Positions 1 through 9,917 of a DNA stretch of 64,000 nt are shown piece after piece. The stretch covers positions 3,328,001 to 3,392,000 of the forward strand of contig OY764159.1 in the NCBI GenBank assembly GCA_963668175.1, given 5' to 3'. The notes under the pieces were generated by a model that worked only from the letters and a program-made list of their open reading frames with translations, made no database searches and was not told the origin of the DNA. The stretch's first letter is position 1. Every line of letters begins with the position of its first letter. Made by a program: the position numbers and the translations under genes. Origin of the DNA: Syntrophales bacterium (GTDB lineage: Bacteria; Desulfobacterota; Syntrophia; Syntrophales; PHBD01).

Positions 1-413
1 CCCGCCGCAAGCCGGACCTTTTGTCCTTCGATCAGGACGGTCGTCTTCGAATACGTGTCCTTGCGAATGATCTTGCCCGCCTTCAGATGCATCACGTCCA
101 CGCCGCGCCGCCGTTCGGGCTTGCCCCGGTGGCCTTGTTCGCCCGACGGCCAGTCGAGGGTCCATTGAAACAGGACCTTCCGGGCATCTTCATCGACGAA
201 GAGGTCTTCCGTCGTAAACCGGAAGCCGCCGTGATTCTCGAACCAGGGCACCCAGGCCTGCCGCAGGGCTTCCTTTCCCTTCACGGCGCCGCCGGTCCAG
301 TTTTCAAAGACGGCGTCATCGTGAAAGAGTTCCATTACGGCGTCGAGATCGTGCGCGTTCCACGCCTCGTTCCAGCGGGCCATCACCTCTCTGATTTCTT
401 TTGCTGTCGACAT
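1..413 (-). CDS. NTF2/SnoaL-like family protein (3' end runs off the window)
   Basis: Hand translation from ATG at 413, absent from the ORF track: MSTAKEIREVMARWNEAWNAHDLDAVMELFHDDAVFENWTGG...RRRGVDVMHLKAGKIIRKDTYSKT. This is a typical SnoaL pattern, and a purine-rich RBS-like stretch (AAGGAAATGGAG) lies upstream. Confidence 0.85.
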   Translation of the reverse strand, partial: MSTAKEIREVMARWNEAWNAHDLDAVMELFHDDAVFENWTGGAVKGKEALRQAWVPWFENHGGFRFTTEDLFVDEDARKVLFQWTLDWPSGEQGHRGKPERRRGVDVMHLKAGKIIRKDTYSKTTVLIEGQKVRLAA

Positions 414-476
414 CGCTCCATTTCCTTTCGTATTCGCCCGGCGATACGGCCGGCATTTCCAGTCGGCGTTCCGGGC

Positions 477-1931
477 CTAAGGTTTTGCGTTTTCACCCGC
501 CGCTGCGAGATATTCCTGTATGGCATCGATCCTCGCGGCCAGTGCAGCATCAAGTGCAGAGCGCTCCCGGACCATGGCGGCGAAGGAAGCGGGCACCGTC
601 CCCGAAAGAAGCTCGTCGATACAACCAAGCTCGCGGTAGGCCCTCTGCTCGGCAAAATATCTGTCGCCGCCGTGCAGGAGTTCCGCCATCGCCCGGGCGA
701 CGTTGCAGAGGCGAAGGACGCAGTCCATTTCGATGCCATGATAGGACCGGAAAAAGTAAATGCCATCTTCTTCGCGGAACATGCCGTCCCGTTTCAGTTC
801 CTCCTGGATCGGGGTCCCCGGGTAGGGGATCAGGGCCTCGGCATAGACGATCTCGGCCCCCATTTCGAAGACACGCCGGGCCAGGCCGATAGTCTCCTTC
901 ATCGTCGCAATCGAATCCCTGGGGCCGAAGAGGATGAAATTGACCACGGGGGTCAGGTTCTGCTCAATGCAATAGGCCACGCCGGCTGCGATATCTTCCG
1001 GCGTTGCGTCCTTGCGGTAGTAGTCGAGGATTTCGGCCGAACCCGATTCGGCGCCGATATAGAGGGACCGGAAGCCTGCGTCGCTCATGACCGACGCCAT
1101 GATCGGATTCCGGCAGATGTCGTCGATGCGGCCTTCCGCGTAGAAATCGACTTTGCCCGCAAGCCCCAGGCGTTCGATGCCGCCGCAGATCTCCTTCACG
1201 CGTTTCATACTCGTGGTGAAATTGTCGTCCGTGAACATGATCCGCCGCGCGCCGCTTCCGGCAAGTACTTCGATGTCCCGCGCAATAGCTCCGGCGCTCC
1301 TCGCACGGACCGTCCGGCCGTATTGGGATTGGATCGAACAGAAGGTGCAGCGGTGATAACAGCCCCGGCTTCCCGAGATGCTCCGCGTCCGGTAGCGGAC
1401 GGGGTCGACGAGGCCGTAGGCAGCACCGGGCAATTCGTCCAGGTTGCCGATCAAGGCCCGGTCCTCGTTCCGGACGACGGCCCCGTTTGCCCGGTATGTC
1501 ACCCCCGCAACGGCCGAAAACGACTGCCCGGAATCGACAGCGCAGACCAGCTCACCGAAGGTCTCCTCCCCTTCGCCCCGGACGCAGACATCCACCTCCG
1601 GATGCACGGCGAGGATATCTTCCGACCGCACGGTGGCGTGGACGCCGCCCATGACGGTAACGACGGCCGGGTCGAACGCCTTGGCGGCGGCGCAGACCTT
1701 ACGCGCCGACGGAAAACTGTGGGACATGGCCGTAACGCCCACGATCCGCGGTTTCACCTTCCGGATCGCGGCGGCCAGTTCCGCCTGCCCTTCTTCGTCG
1801 GAGAGGCAGTCGAGATCGAGGATGTGGATGCCGAGGCCACCTTCGAGGAGCGGAGCAGCCAGGCATTCCAGGCTCAGGGGCGGAATCTCCGCCCGGCCGT
1901 TATAGCGGGGATTGACGAGGAGCAGATTCAT
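477..1931 (-). CDS. Cobalamin-binding radical SAM protein
   Basis: N-terminal B12-binding domain (LLLVNP, GGVHAT, GEGE) and SRGCYHRCTFC CxxxCxxC motif. Confidence 0.9.
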   Translation of the reverse strand: MNLLLVNPRYNGRAEIPPLSLECLAAPLLEGGLGIHILDLDCLSDEEGQAELAAAIRKVKPRIVGVTAMSHSFPSARKVCAAAKAFDPAVVTVMGGVHATVRSEDILAVHPEVDVCVRGEGEETFGELVCAVDSGQSFSAVAGVTYRANGAVVRNEDRALIGNLDELPGAAYGLVDPVRYRTRSISGSRGCYHRCTFCSIQSQYGRTVRARSAGAIARDIEVLAGSGARRIMFTDDNFTTSMKRVKEICGGIERLGLAGKVDFYAEGRIDDICRNPIMASVMSDAGFRSLYIGAESGSAEILDYYRKDATPEDIAAGVAYCIEQNLTPVVNFILFGPRDSIATMKETIGLARRVFEMGAEIVYAEALIPYPGTPIQEELKRDGMFREEDGIYFFRSYHGIEMDCVLRLCNVARAMAELLHGGDRYFAEQRAYRELGCIDELLSGTVPASFAAMVRERSALDAALAARIDAIQEYLAAAGENAKP

Positions 1932-2149
1932 GGCGTTCCCAAGTGTCGGTCATCGTCCGTGTCGATCGCGGTCATCGCATCCGCTGGTGCTCACACAGGA
2001 TATCCGGGACGATCTATACACCATTCCGGAACGGATTGCCCCAAGAAATTGCCCCCAGCCGACTGAAACAGCCTGCCTGGAACAGAGCCCCCCTTCCTCG
2101 GCATCCCGTGTGCCGGGTTCAGCCGTTAAACATTTTCGCCGTCGCACCG

Positions 2150-2839
2150 TCAACAGCCGAGCAAGGCGGGCAATTCCGTCAGGGATGCTATTTCCGCATC
2201 CGGCTGCGCGGGCAGGCGTTCCCGGCGCTGCCCGAACCGGTTGATCCAGACGACGCGCAGGCCGGCGTTCGCGGCTCCCACGGCGTCCCAGGCATTGGCG
2301 GAGAGAAAGACGATCTCCCTACCCTGAAGTCCGAGGTCATCCTCGGCCAGACGGTAGACGCGGGGATCGGGCTTGTAGACGCCGACCTGTTCGACCGATA
2401 TCGCCGCCTCGATCAGATCGGACAGTTTGCTGCTCTTCACCGCCGCTTCGAGCATGGCGGGCGATCCGTTCGACAGGATGACGAGCCGGAGGCCCCCGGT
2501 TTTTAAAATACGAAGCGTCTCCGCAACGTCGGGGTAAGGGGCCAGGCTGAGATAGGCGCCGATGAGACTGTCGCGCAACTTCCGGTCGGCAATGCCGAAG
2601 GCGTCCAGGGCGTAATCGAGGGCGTCGCCGGTGACGTGCCAGAAATCCTCATGACGTCTCATGAGGCTTCGCAGCCAGGTGTATTCGAGCTGCTTCGTCC
2701 TCCATAAGGCCGAGACCTGATCGGATTTGCCGCCGATCGCCTCCCGGAATTTTCCCACGGCGGAATTGAAATCGAAGAGCGTCCCGTAGGCATCGAAGAC
2801 ACAGGCCTTGACGCCCTCAAATACCGGTTGCCGAACCAT
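2150..2839 (-). CDS. Haloacid dehalogenase, type II
   Basis: FDAYGTLFD, LSNGS, YKPDPRVY and SANAWD motifs. Confidence 0.9.
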   Translation of the reverse strand: MVRQPVFEGVKACVFDAYGTLFDFNSAVGKFREAIGGKSDQVSALWRTKQLEYTWLRSLMRRHEDFWHVTGDALDYALDAFGIADRKLRDSLIGAYLSLAPYPDVAETLRILKTGGLRLVILSNGSPAMLEAAVKSSKLSDLIEAAISVEQVGVYKPDPRVYRLAEDDLGLQGREIVFLSANAWDAVGAANAGLRVVWINRFGQRRERLPAQPDAEIASLTELPALLGC

Positions 2840-2880
2840 AACAACCTCCCTTCTTTTTCAGACTTCAAGCGAATCCGTTA

Positions 2881-3450
2881 TCAGTCGGACAACCATTGCA
2901 CCCGGCCCTCCTGACGGGGAGGGGCTTTGGGCGCCTCATCCGGATAGCCGATGGGGATCAGGGTGACGAGTTTGCGGTCGGTCATCCCCATGAGTTCATT
3001 GATTTCCTTTTCCATATAGAAAACGGCGGCGTCGGCCCAGACGGCACCCAGACCCGCATCGTGTGCGGCGAGAAGGAGATTCTGGACGGCCAGGGAAACG
3101 CTGTGCGGGTCCGCTTCGCCGGAAGGGAAATAGCCGCCGTAGGCCAGGACGATGATGGGAGCGTTGCCGTAAGTTTCAAAAAACCGTTTGGAATTTTCCA
3201 GGACTTTGGGCTTGTCGGGAAAATTTTTCTCCAGAATGGGCCTGAAATATTCAAATGCCCCGGCCGTAATTTTCAAAAGGGCCGCCTTCTTTGCACCCTC
3301 CACGACGATGAACCGCCAGTCCTGCTTGTTCATGGCCGACGGCGCCCACAGGGCCAGATCCAGGATCTTTTCAACGACATCCCGGGGAATGGGATCGGAT
3401 TTGAAACGCCTGACGCTCCGCCTTCCTCTGATCGCTTCTGCAAGTTCCAT
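2881..3450 (-). CDS. Nitroreductase family protein
   Basis: RRSVRRF, APSAMNKQDWRF, QNLLLAA and IGYP motifs. Confidence 0.9.
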   Translation of the reverse strand: MELAEAIRGRRSVRRFKSDPIPRDVVEKILDLALWAPSAMNKQDWRFIVVEGAKKAALLKITAGAFEYFRPILEKNFPDKPKVLENSKRFFETYGNAPIIVLAYGGYFPSGEADPHSVSLAVQNLLLAAHDAGLGAVWADAAVFYMEKEINELMGMTDRKLVTLIPIGYPDEAPKAPPRQEGRVQWLSD

Positions 3451-3538
3451 AGACGACCTCCTTTTCGGATTGTATGTAAGGCGATTGTTTTCGCCTTCTT
3501 CACCACTTCTCGGATGTTTTCGCCTGTTATTACCGAAG

Positions 3539-4123
3539 CTATTCCGCCGTATTCGCGCGGAGGCGGTGGGCCCGGACCTTCTCCCTGTTGCCGCAGATGG
3601 ACATGGCGCACCACCGGCGGCGGTTGGCCGGAGAGTGATCGAGAAAGAGCATCCGGCAGCCGTCGTTCTCGCACATTTTCAGCCGCTCCCGCCCCGCTTC
3701 GCCTAAAACGGCGACAGCGTCGCGGGCAACTGCCGCCAGCATTGCCCTTGCCGGATCGGCGCTTTCCCACCGGACCTGGAAAGACGCGACGTCGAACTGC
3801 GGTACGGCGAGGCCGCATGCGGCGGCCGCGTTGATGCGGTCAATGTCGTCTTTGTCCGGCGATTTCTCCATTATAAAGGCGCGAAGGGTTCTGTAGATCG
3901 CTTCCCGCAGGAGTAGCGCTTCGTCGTGTTCCTGATGGGTCGTAATGACGGCCGGCATCCCGCAGCCGGCAAGCCGGAACCAGTCGTCAAGGGCTGAGGG
4001 CGTCGCAAGGAGATCCCGCGGTTTGGCGCCGCGATGGCGGACCGTCGCCACGAAATTGAGGGCCAGGCTGCCCGCATCGAATCGGAATCGGCTGTATTTA
4101 GGGTGGGGAGATTTAAACGCCAT
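3539..4123 (-). CDS. ABATE/CGNR zinc-finger domain protein
   Basis: LALNFVAT at the N-terminus; CENDGCRMLFLDHS...RRWCAMSICGNREKVR at the C-terminus. Confidence 0.9.
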   Translation of the reverse strand: MAFKSPHPKYSRFRFDAGSLALNFVATVRHRGAKPRDLLATPSALDDWFRLAGCGMPAVITTHQEHDEALLLREAIYRTLRAFIMEKSPDKDDIDRINAAAACGLAVPQFDVASFQVRWESADPARAMLAAVARDAVAVLGEAGRERLKMCENDGCRMLFLDHSPANRRRWCAMSICGNREKVRAHRLRANTAE

Positions 4124-4131
4124 TGGAACGG

Positions 4132-4164
4132 CCCTTTGTAACCAGTTTATATGGTTACAAAGGG
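4132..4164. promoter_or_regulatory. Perfect 13-bp inverted repeat, putative operator of the CGNR gene
   Basis: CCCTTTGTAACCA-N7-TGGTTACAAAGGG lies between a minus-strand TTGACA (4168-4173) and the ATG at 4123. Confidence 0.65.
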
Positions 4165-4195
4165 GTTTGTCAAGGATAATCTTTTCAGGATTCCC

Positions 4196-4792
4196 TCATT
4201 TCAGCAGGCGCCTCATGGCATAGTTGTAAGACGCGATCTGCCAGGCCATCAGGATCAGGATGATCGAAGAGCTGGATATGGGAAGCCCCTTGTAGTTGAA
4301 GATATACTGCCTGGCTCCGGTATCCGGCCGCTCCGCCGTGCCGTTTTTGAGAACATCAAACCCCACGCCCAGCGTGACCATCCCGGTTTTGCCCGCAACG
4401 GCCTTCTCCGGCGGCAGGCGGTAAACGGAAACCTGGATGCTGTTCAGGCAAAAGAGGAGCACAAGAAGCGCCAGCGTCGTGAGCAAGGTCGCCCGGGCCG
4501 CCTTTCCGGTCAGGTGGGCTTCCCTCTCGTCCCGTTCCCGGATCACGGTGATTTTCGCTATGACCTGCTCCCGGAACGGCCCGGAAGCGAGCAGTCTGAC
4601 GCTCAGATAAACGGCAAGCGCGAGCCATAACGCCACGGCGAACCCGAAGAAACCGCTGCTTAAGAACCCGGCATGCGGAACATCGCGGTCCACGGCGCCC
4701 GCGGCATAGAAATTGGCATAAACAGCCAGGACAACAAAAACAGGTAAGCCGTATAAGAACACCTTCAGCAAGATAGAATCGAACTTCTTCAT
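4196..4792 (-). CDS. Membrane protein of unknown function (XRE-associated, DERE motif)
   Basis: Four hydrophobic segments and an RERDERE motif; its start overlaps the XRE gene stop. Confidence 0.7.
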   Translation of the reverse strand: MKKFDSILLKVFLYGLPVFVVLAVYANFYAAGAVDRDVPHAGFLSSGFFGFAVALWLALAVYLSVRLLASGPFREQVIAKITVIRERDEREAHLTGKAARATLLTTLALLVLLFCLNSIQVSVYRLPPEKAVAGKTGMVTLGVGFDVLKNGTAERPDTGARQYIFNYKGLPISSSSIILILMAWQIASYNYAMRRLLK

Positions 4793-5019
4793 GGCCTCTC
4801 CTCCTCGATGGAAAAAATCGTCTGGATGTCCCTCCCGAAATACCGTGCGATGCGGAAAGCCAGCTCCAAAGAGGGGTTGTAGCCGCCCCCCTCGATGGCT
4901 ACGATCGTGGCCCTGGTCACACCCACCTCTTTCGCCAACTGCTCCTGGGTTAACCGCCTCTCCGCCCGCAGGACATGAAGGCGGTTGACGATTTTAAGCT
5001 GGGGCACGGTTTTCGGCAT
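4789..5019 (-). CDS. XRE-family helix-turn-helix regulator
   Basis: NRLHVLRAERRLTQEQLAKEVGVTRATIVAIEGGGYNPSLELAFRIA. Confidence 0.9.
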   Translation of the reverse strand: MPKTVPQLKIVNRLHVLRAERRLTQEQLAKEVGVTRATIVAIEGGGYNPSLELAFRIARYFGRDIQTIFSIEEERP

Positions 5020-5054
5020 GGTTCACATCCTCAATTCAATGGATGGCGGTCTTG

Positions 5055-5073
5055 TATAGTATATTTTACTATA
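5055..5073. promoter_or_regulatory. Palindromic operator in the XRE promoter
   Basis: TATAGTA-TATTT-TACTATA abuts a minus-strand TTGACA (5074-5079). Confidence 0.6.
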
Positions 5074-5294
5074 TGTCAAGTTTATTTTTCATTGCAGCCG
5101 ATGCTCGTGAATAAGAAAAAGCCCCTCCTGAGAATTATTCCTTTATAATTCAGATGGTTCGTTTCAATAAGTGTATCGATCTCCTCGATTCCTCCGGCAT
5201 TCTCCGTTCGGTGATCGCAACGCGCCGTTACAAAAATGAAAATAGTCCTTGACAATTTGAACACCAAACGCTATTGACTACTCAGGTAGACACT

Positions 5295-6104
5295 ATGCGA
5301 ACCGTTATCGCCAGACTGACAGAAATCGGTTTTTCCGAATACGAGGCCAAGGCCTACGTGTCGCTGCTAAGCCGACAGCCGGCCACGGCTTATGAGATCG
5401 CCAAGGCGTCGGGCGTGCCGACGTCCAAGGTCTACGAGGTCCTCGGCAAGCTTATCGACAAGGGAACCGTCACCATCATCGACGAAGGCAGGACCAGGCG
5501 TTACGTCCCCCTGGAGCCGGGCGAGTTCCTCGAAAGGCACCGGAGTGCGACGGAGGCCCTTGTCGCGTCGCTGAAAACCGATCTTTCGTCGTTGAGCGGC
5601 GGAGAGGACGTCTCCTACATATGGAATATCACCGAGTACGACTACCTGCTCGACAAAGGTCGCCGCATGATCAAGAGTGCCGCCGTGACGCTGATGGCCT
5701 CCCTGTGGCGCGAAGAGTTCGCCGCCTGGGAAGACGATCTCCTTGAGGCCGAAAGGCGCGGCGTCAAGGTGGCGGTCGTTCACTTCGGCGAATCGGCCGC
5801 GGCTTCCCTTTCTCACATCTACCCGCACCCCATCGAAGACACGATCTACGAAGAAAAGGGGGGACGGGGCGTGGTCCTGATCGCCGACGATACGGAGGCC
5901 CTCAACGGCACTGTACTTTCCGGAGCCCTGGTCGAAGGTGCATGGAGCACCAATCGGGGCTTCGTAACCCTGGCCGAAGACTATGTTAAGCACGACATCT
6001 ACATTATGAAAATCGTCCGGCGTTTCGACCGGATGCTGACCGAAAGGTTCGGGGCCGGTTATGCGATGCTGCGCGATGTTTTTACAGACGAGGAAAAATC
6101 ATGA
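5295..6104 (+). CDS. TrmB-family transcriptional regulator
   Basis: GFSEYEAKAYVSLL...TAYEIAKASGVPTSKVYEVL winged HTH; overlaps the ilvE start (ATGA). Confidence 0.88.
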   Translation: MRTVIARLTEIGFSEYEAKAYVSLLSRQPATAYEIAKASGVPTSKVYEVLGKLIDKGTVTIIDEGRTRRYVPLEPGEFLERHRSATEALVASLKTDLSSLSGGEDVSYIWNITEYDYLLDKGRRMIKSAAVTLMASLWREEFAAWEDDLLEAERRGVKVAVVHFGESAAASLSHIYPHPIEDTIYEEKGGRGVVLIADDTEALNGTVLSGALVEGAWSTNRGFVTLAEDYVKHDIYIMKIVRRFDRMLTERFGAGYAMLRDVFTDEEKS

Positions 6105-6997
6105 AAATATATATTGACGGCAAATACTATGGGAAGGAAGAGGCGACCGTCTCGGTTTTCGACCACGGCCTCCTTTACGGCGACGGCGTTTTCGAAGGGA
6201 TCAGGGTCTACGGCGGTAAGGTTTTTAAACTATCCGAGCACGTTGCCCGGCTTTACCGGAGCGCTCAGGCGCTGTTCCTCCAGATACCCATCAACCGGGA
6301 ACAGATGGCCCGTGCCATCGTCGACACAGTCGAGATCAACAAGAAGAGAGACGGCTACATCCGCGTGGTCGTGACACGGGGCGACGGCGCGCTCGGCATC
6401 GACCCGACGTCATGCCCTCGGGCGAAGGTGATCGTCATCGTCGGCGACATCCAACTCTACCCGCCGGCCTACTACGGGGACGGCATCGCCGTCATCACGG
6501 CGGCCTCGCGCCGCATGCCGTCGGACTGCCTCGACCCCCGGGTGAAATCGCTCAATTACCTGAACAACATCATGGCCAAGATGGAGGCGCGCCAGGCGGG
6601 GTGCCTTGAGGCCGTCATGCTGAACAAAGAGGGGTTCGTCGCGGAATGCACGGGCGACAACATCTTTATCGCCAACAGAGGGGAACTCCTCACGCCTGCA
6701 CCCTACCACGGGGCGCTGGACGGCATCACGATGGCAACGGTCCTTGAACTCGCCGCCGAACTCGATGTTCCGTGCCGGCAGACATCGCTTACACGCTACG
6801 ACCTCTATACGGCCGACGAATGCTTTCTCACGGGTTCCGGCGCGGAGATCATACCGGTGACGAGGATCGACGGCAGGATAATCGGCGACGGCAAACCCGG
6901 AACGACGACGAGGAAACTCATCAACGCCTTCCGGGACCTGATCGAAGGCAGGATCACGAGCACTGAAAACCGGCAAAAAGCCGTTTCCGCCGCCTAA
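6101..6997 (+). CDS. ilvE: Branched-chain amino acid aminotransferase
   Basis: FDHGLLYGDGVFEGIRVY, KSLNYLNNI (PLP lysine), ECTGDNIF and LDGIT motifs. Confidence 0.93.
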   Translation: MKIYIDGKYYGKEEATVSVFDHGLLYGDGVFEGIRVYGGKVFKLSEHVARLYRSAQALFLQIPINREQMARAIVDTVEINKKRDGYIRVVVTRGDGALGIDPTSCPRAKVIVIVGDIQLYPPAYYGDGIAVITAASRRMPSDCLDPRVKSLNYLNNIMAKMEARQAGCLEAVMLNKEGFVAECTGDNIFIANRGELLTPAPYHGALDGITMATVLELAAELDVPCRQTSLTRYDLYTADECFLTGSGAEIIPVTRIDGRIIGDGKPGTTTRKLINAFRDLIEGRITSTENRQKAVSAA

Positions 6998-7001
6998 ACA
7001 A

Positions 7002-7042
7002 TACGGCGGGAAGGAGTGGCAACCACACTCTTTCCCGCCGTA
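7002..7042 (+). terminator. 17-bp hairpin after ilvE
   Basis: TACGGCGGGAAGGAGTG pairs with CACTCTTTCCCGCCGTA; the U-tract is weak. Confidence 0.6.
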
Positions 7043-7391
7043 AACGATTCTATTTTTTCATGCTTGCCCTTAATATAAGCTCTCCGCCTCCCCGGCAACA
7101 TCCGCCCTCCCCTCCCTTTGTGCACCACGTAAGTCGGTCATAAAAGAATGGCGATGCAATATACTGCTATTTTGAAAAATTTCGTCTGGATTACAGACCC
7201 TATACTTCTCCATGTAATCGCCTGTATCTCTTTGTTTCATTTGGATTTAATATGGATGTACCAGAGGTACAGGAAGCGACAGCGCTCCATGCCGATCATT
7301 TAACGACACCAACATTATATTAGTATCATATTGAAATATATTAAAAAAACATCTTGACAATCTTGTGCATGCTGTTATGATTTACTCGAGT

Positions 7392-7546
7392 AAGGCGGTC
7401 TCCGCAGCCTGAACCAACGCCTAGTAACAGCATCGGGCACGCAGACCGATGCCTGCAGCAGTCCGCCAGTCCTGTTCAGCGGGACGTCCTCCGTTTCATG
7501 CGCGTTTTCCTCGGTCAGGCGTTCCTTTCCGGCAGACAGCCGCCTT
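7392..7546 (+). ncRNA. Candidate structured RNA or 5' leader (unassigned)
   Basis: Follows TTGACA(7354)-16-TATGAT(7376). Nested helices pair the 5' end with the 3' end, and two internal hairpins are present. Confidence 0.4.
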
Positions 7547-7673
7547 GATCTTCATCGCCGTCAACATCGTCTACGGGGATATGGTCTAACGCACGGAAAA
7601 GCCCCGCCAGTCGCCGATAACCGGCTGTCTTCAGCCGCGTCGCCAAGGGGCAACGACAGACACAGGCTTCAAC

Positions 7674-8573
7674 ATGCTGAGAATCTATCATATAAGCGAT
7701 CTTCACTTCAGCAAGAAAGAGAGCGACAATGACGGCGCCAGAATTCTGCTGCACAGGATCGCCCGGGTGTTCAATGCCCAATCCGGCTGCGGCGATTACC
7801 TTCTTGTCACCGGCGACATCACGGACACGGGCTCCCGGGTGGAATACTTCCTGGCCCTCGAGGCCCTCATGCCTTTCCGCGGCCGGATATTCGTCGTTCC
7901 CGGCGATCACGATTACGGCGGGCTTCTGGGCTCGAACTTCGACGAAATCAAAGCGAAACGTTTCGATACGCCTTTTGCCGAAGCTCTCGGCGTGGACCAC
8001 GCCTTCTTCGACAAATTCAACGTGATCGAAAACGGCTATGCGCCGTATACACGGGAACTGGATGACGGCAGCGGCACGAAAGTCCTGCTCATCGGCCTCA
8101 ACTCGTGCAGAAACGAGGGCATCCTTGATTTTGCCCAGGGAGGGATAGGCCGGCAGCAGCTTTTCAACCTGGACCGCATCCTTAGCGACCATACGCTGCG
8201 AGACGTACCGAAAATTCTTTTTCTCCATCACATTCCCATCAAGCACGCACGATTTCCCAATGTCATGACGCTGACGGACTGGGAGGCATTGATGCGCACG
8301 ATCGACGACCGCGTCGAAGTGATCGCCTTCGGCCATCAGGGCTACGAAGAAGACAACGGCGCATGGCTGAAGGCAAGCCGCAATATGTATGCTGCGGAAA
8401 GGGCGTCAGCCAAAGGAAAGCGTTTCCTGCTCGATGCCAACAGTTCGGTCTACGAACAATCCTGCTATCTTGTCACCTTCGATCGCGATACTGTAAGCGC
8501 TGAAATCATGGTCATGGGACCGCCCCTGGCAGAAAGCGATGAGCCTTTATTCGTGAGGGAGAGTGCCTTCTAG
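7674..8573 (+). CDS. Calcineurin-like metallophosphoesterase (paralogue 1)
   Basis: SDLH, TGDITD, PGDHD, LHH and FGHQG motifs. Confidence 0.88.
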   Translation: MLRIYHISDLHFSKKESDNDGARILLHRIARVFNAQSGCGDYLLVTGDITDTGSRVEYFLALEALMPFRGRIFVVPGDHDYGGLLGSNFDEIKAKRFDTPFAEALGVDHAFFDKFNVIENGYAPYTRELDDGSGTKVLLIGLNSCRNEGILDFAQGGIGRQQLFNLDRILSDHTLRDVPKILFLHHIPIKHARFPNVMTLTDWEALMRTIDDRVEVIAFGHQGYEEDNGAWLKASRNMYAAERASAKGKRFLLDANSSVYEQSCYLVTFDRDTVSAEIMVMGPPLAESDEPLFVRESAF

Positions 8574-8821
8574 GATGACCGCTTCATGGCATGCGATGCA
8601 AACGGGAATATTCTATGCCGGAAAGGATGTGATAAACTGTAGCCAAAGGATTGTCTGACTTTGATAGCGGTGAGAAAAGTGCCGTTGTCTGCAGTTGAGT
8701 AGAGATTTCCTCTTTCGTCATCCTGAATGCCTCCATTAGCCTCTGTGTGTCCGTAAACGGCATGAACAGTCCAACAGTGAATCGTTGTTAACGCATTGAC
8801 TCTATCATTGGGGAGGCGACT

Positions 8822-9706
8822 ATGCTTACGATATACCATGTTAGCGATCTTCACTACGGCACAAAAAGTCCGCACAATAACAAGGCGGATTACTTGTTGA
8901 CGCAGCTTAAAGCTGATTGGGATAAGAATACGGCAGCGAATAAATATCTTCTCGTGACAGGCGACATCGTCGATGACGGCACAGAAATCAACTACGCTAC
9001 GGCAATGGACGCCTTGCTACCTTTTAAAGACAAGATCATCGTGATACCCGGAAATCACGATTACGGCTATATAGAAAGCGTCATTTATTCCGCTCGCGCC
9101 GCCCGCTATTTCGATCATCCCTTTTCGACGAACCTCGGAATGCTTAATCCATCTGCAAATTTCTTCGGCAAAATACCTTATCAGGTCACGTTGGACGATC
9201 ATAATGGAAATAAGATGAAGCTTATCGGACTCAACTCCTGCAAACAGACATCCGCCTGGAATGATTTCGCCCGGGGCGAAATAGGAACGGCGCAATTGGG
9301 ACGACTGAAAGAGATACTGGACAGCGATAATACAACGCCTAAACTCATCGCATTGCATCATATCCCCAATAAGGAAGCCGTTCCGGAGATGGTCATGACG
9401 CTGGAGGATCGTGAACAGTTAATAGATGCCGTCGGAAAACGTAGCTATGCGTTTGCCTTCGGTCATCAAGGTTGGTTCGAAGCAGACAATAAGCTGCAAA
9501 GATGCACACAAGCGAGAAAGATGTCGATCAATGCCTTCGCCGAACGCAAAGACGGCCCTTTCTTTCTTGATGCGAACAATTCGGTCGACGAATCGGCTTG
9601 TTATAAGATAACGGTGCTCGGCGGCACACCAAACACAGAGTTAATCAGGTTCGCCCCGCAACCGTCAGATGAGGGACAGCATGGCGATCCGGTTGAACAA
9701 CCCTGA
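8822..9706 (+). CDS. Calcineurin-like metallophosphoesterase (paralogue 2)
   Basis: SDLH, TGDIVD, PGNHD, LHH and FGHQG motifs; GGGAGG RBS. Confidence 0.9.
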   Translation: MLTIYHVSDLHYGTKSPHNNKADYLLTQLKADWDKNTAANKYLLVTGDIVDDGTEINYATAMDALLPFKDKIIVIPGNHDYGYIESVIYSARAARYFDHPFSTNLGMLNPSANFFGKIPYQVTLDDHNGNKMKLIGLNSCKQTSAWNDFARGEIGTAQLGRLKEILDSDNTTPKLIALHHIPNKEAVPEMVMTLEDREQLIDAVGKRSYAFAFGHQGWFEADNKLQRCTQARKMSINAFAERKDGPFFLDANNSVDESACYKITVLGGTPNTELIRFAPQPSDEGQHGDPVEQP

Positions 9707-9917
9707 TCGTATCCATGTGGTGGGAATGCCGGGATCGGATTCCGTACAATTAACGACATACGGGGATTGTAGACTTTCGCACCCTGCAGACACAAGCATA
9801 CCGTCGATCTTGACAGGAACTGTTCGAGAGGCCGTTTTTTGGTTCACAACGTGAAAGGAGGTGACCGACAAGATATTAGAACGAAATAACCTCATAATAG
9901 GATTAGGAGGTGTTCTG

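Noticed and set aside
21..2066. 681-aa + strand ORF and similar long shadow ORFs (13499-15766, 21990-23651, 53319-54740, 55619-57004)
   Set aside because: They are antisense to well-supported genes, which is expected from high-GC codon bias, and carry no family motifs.
5275..5292. TrmB operator TGACTAC-N4-GTAGACA
   Set aside because: It is a single imperfect palindrome with no second copy, too weak to call.
7392..7546. Retron msr/msd
   Set aside because: Terminal inverted repeats are present, but there is no reverse transcriptase in the window.
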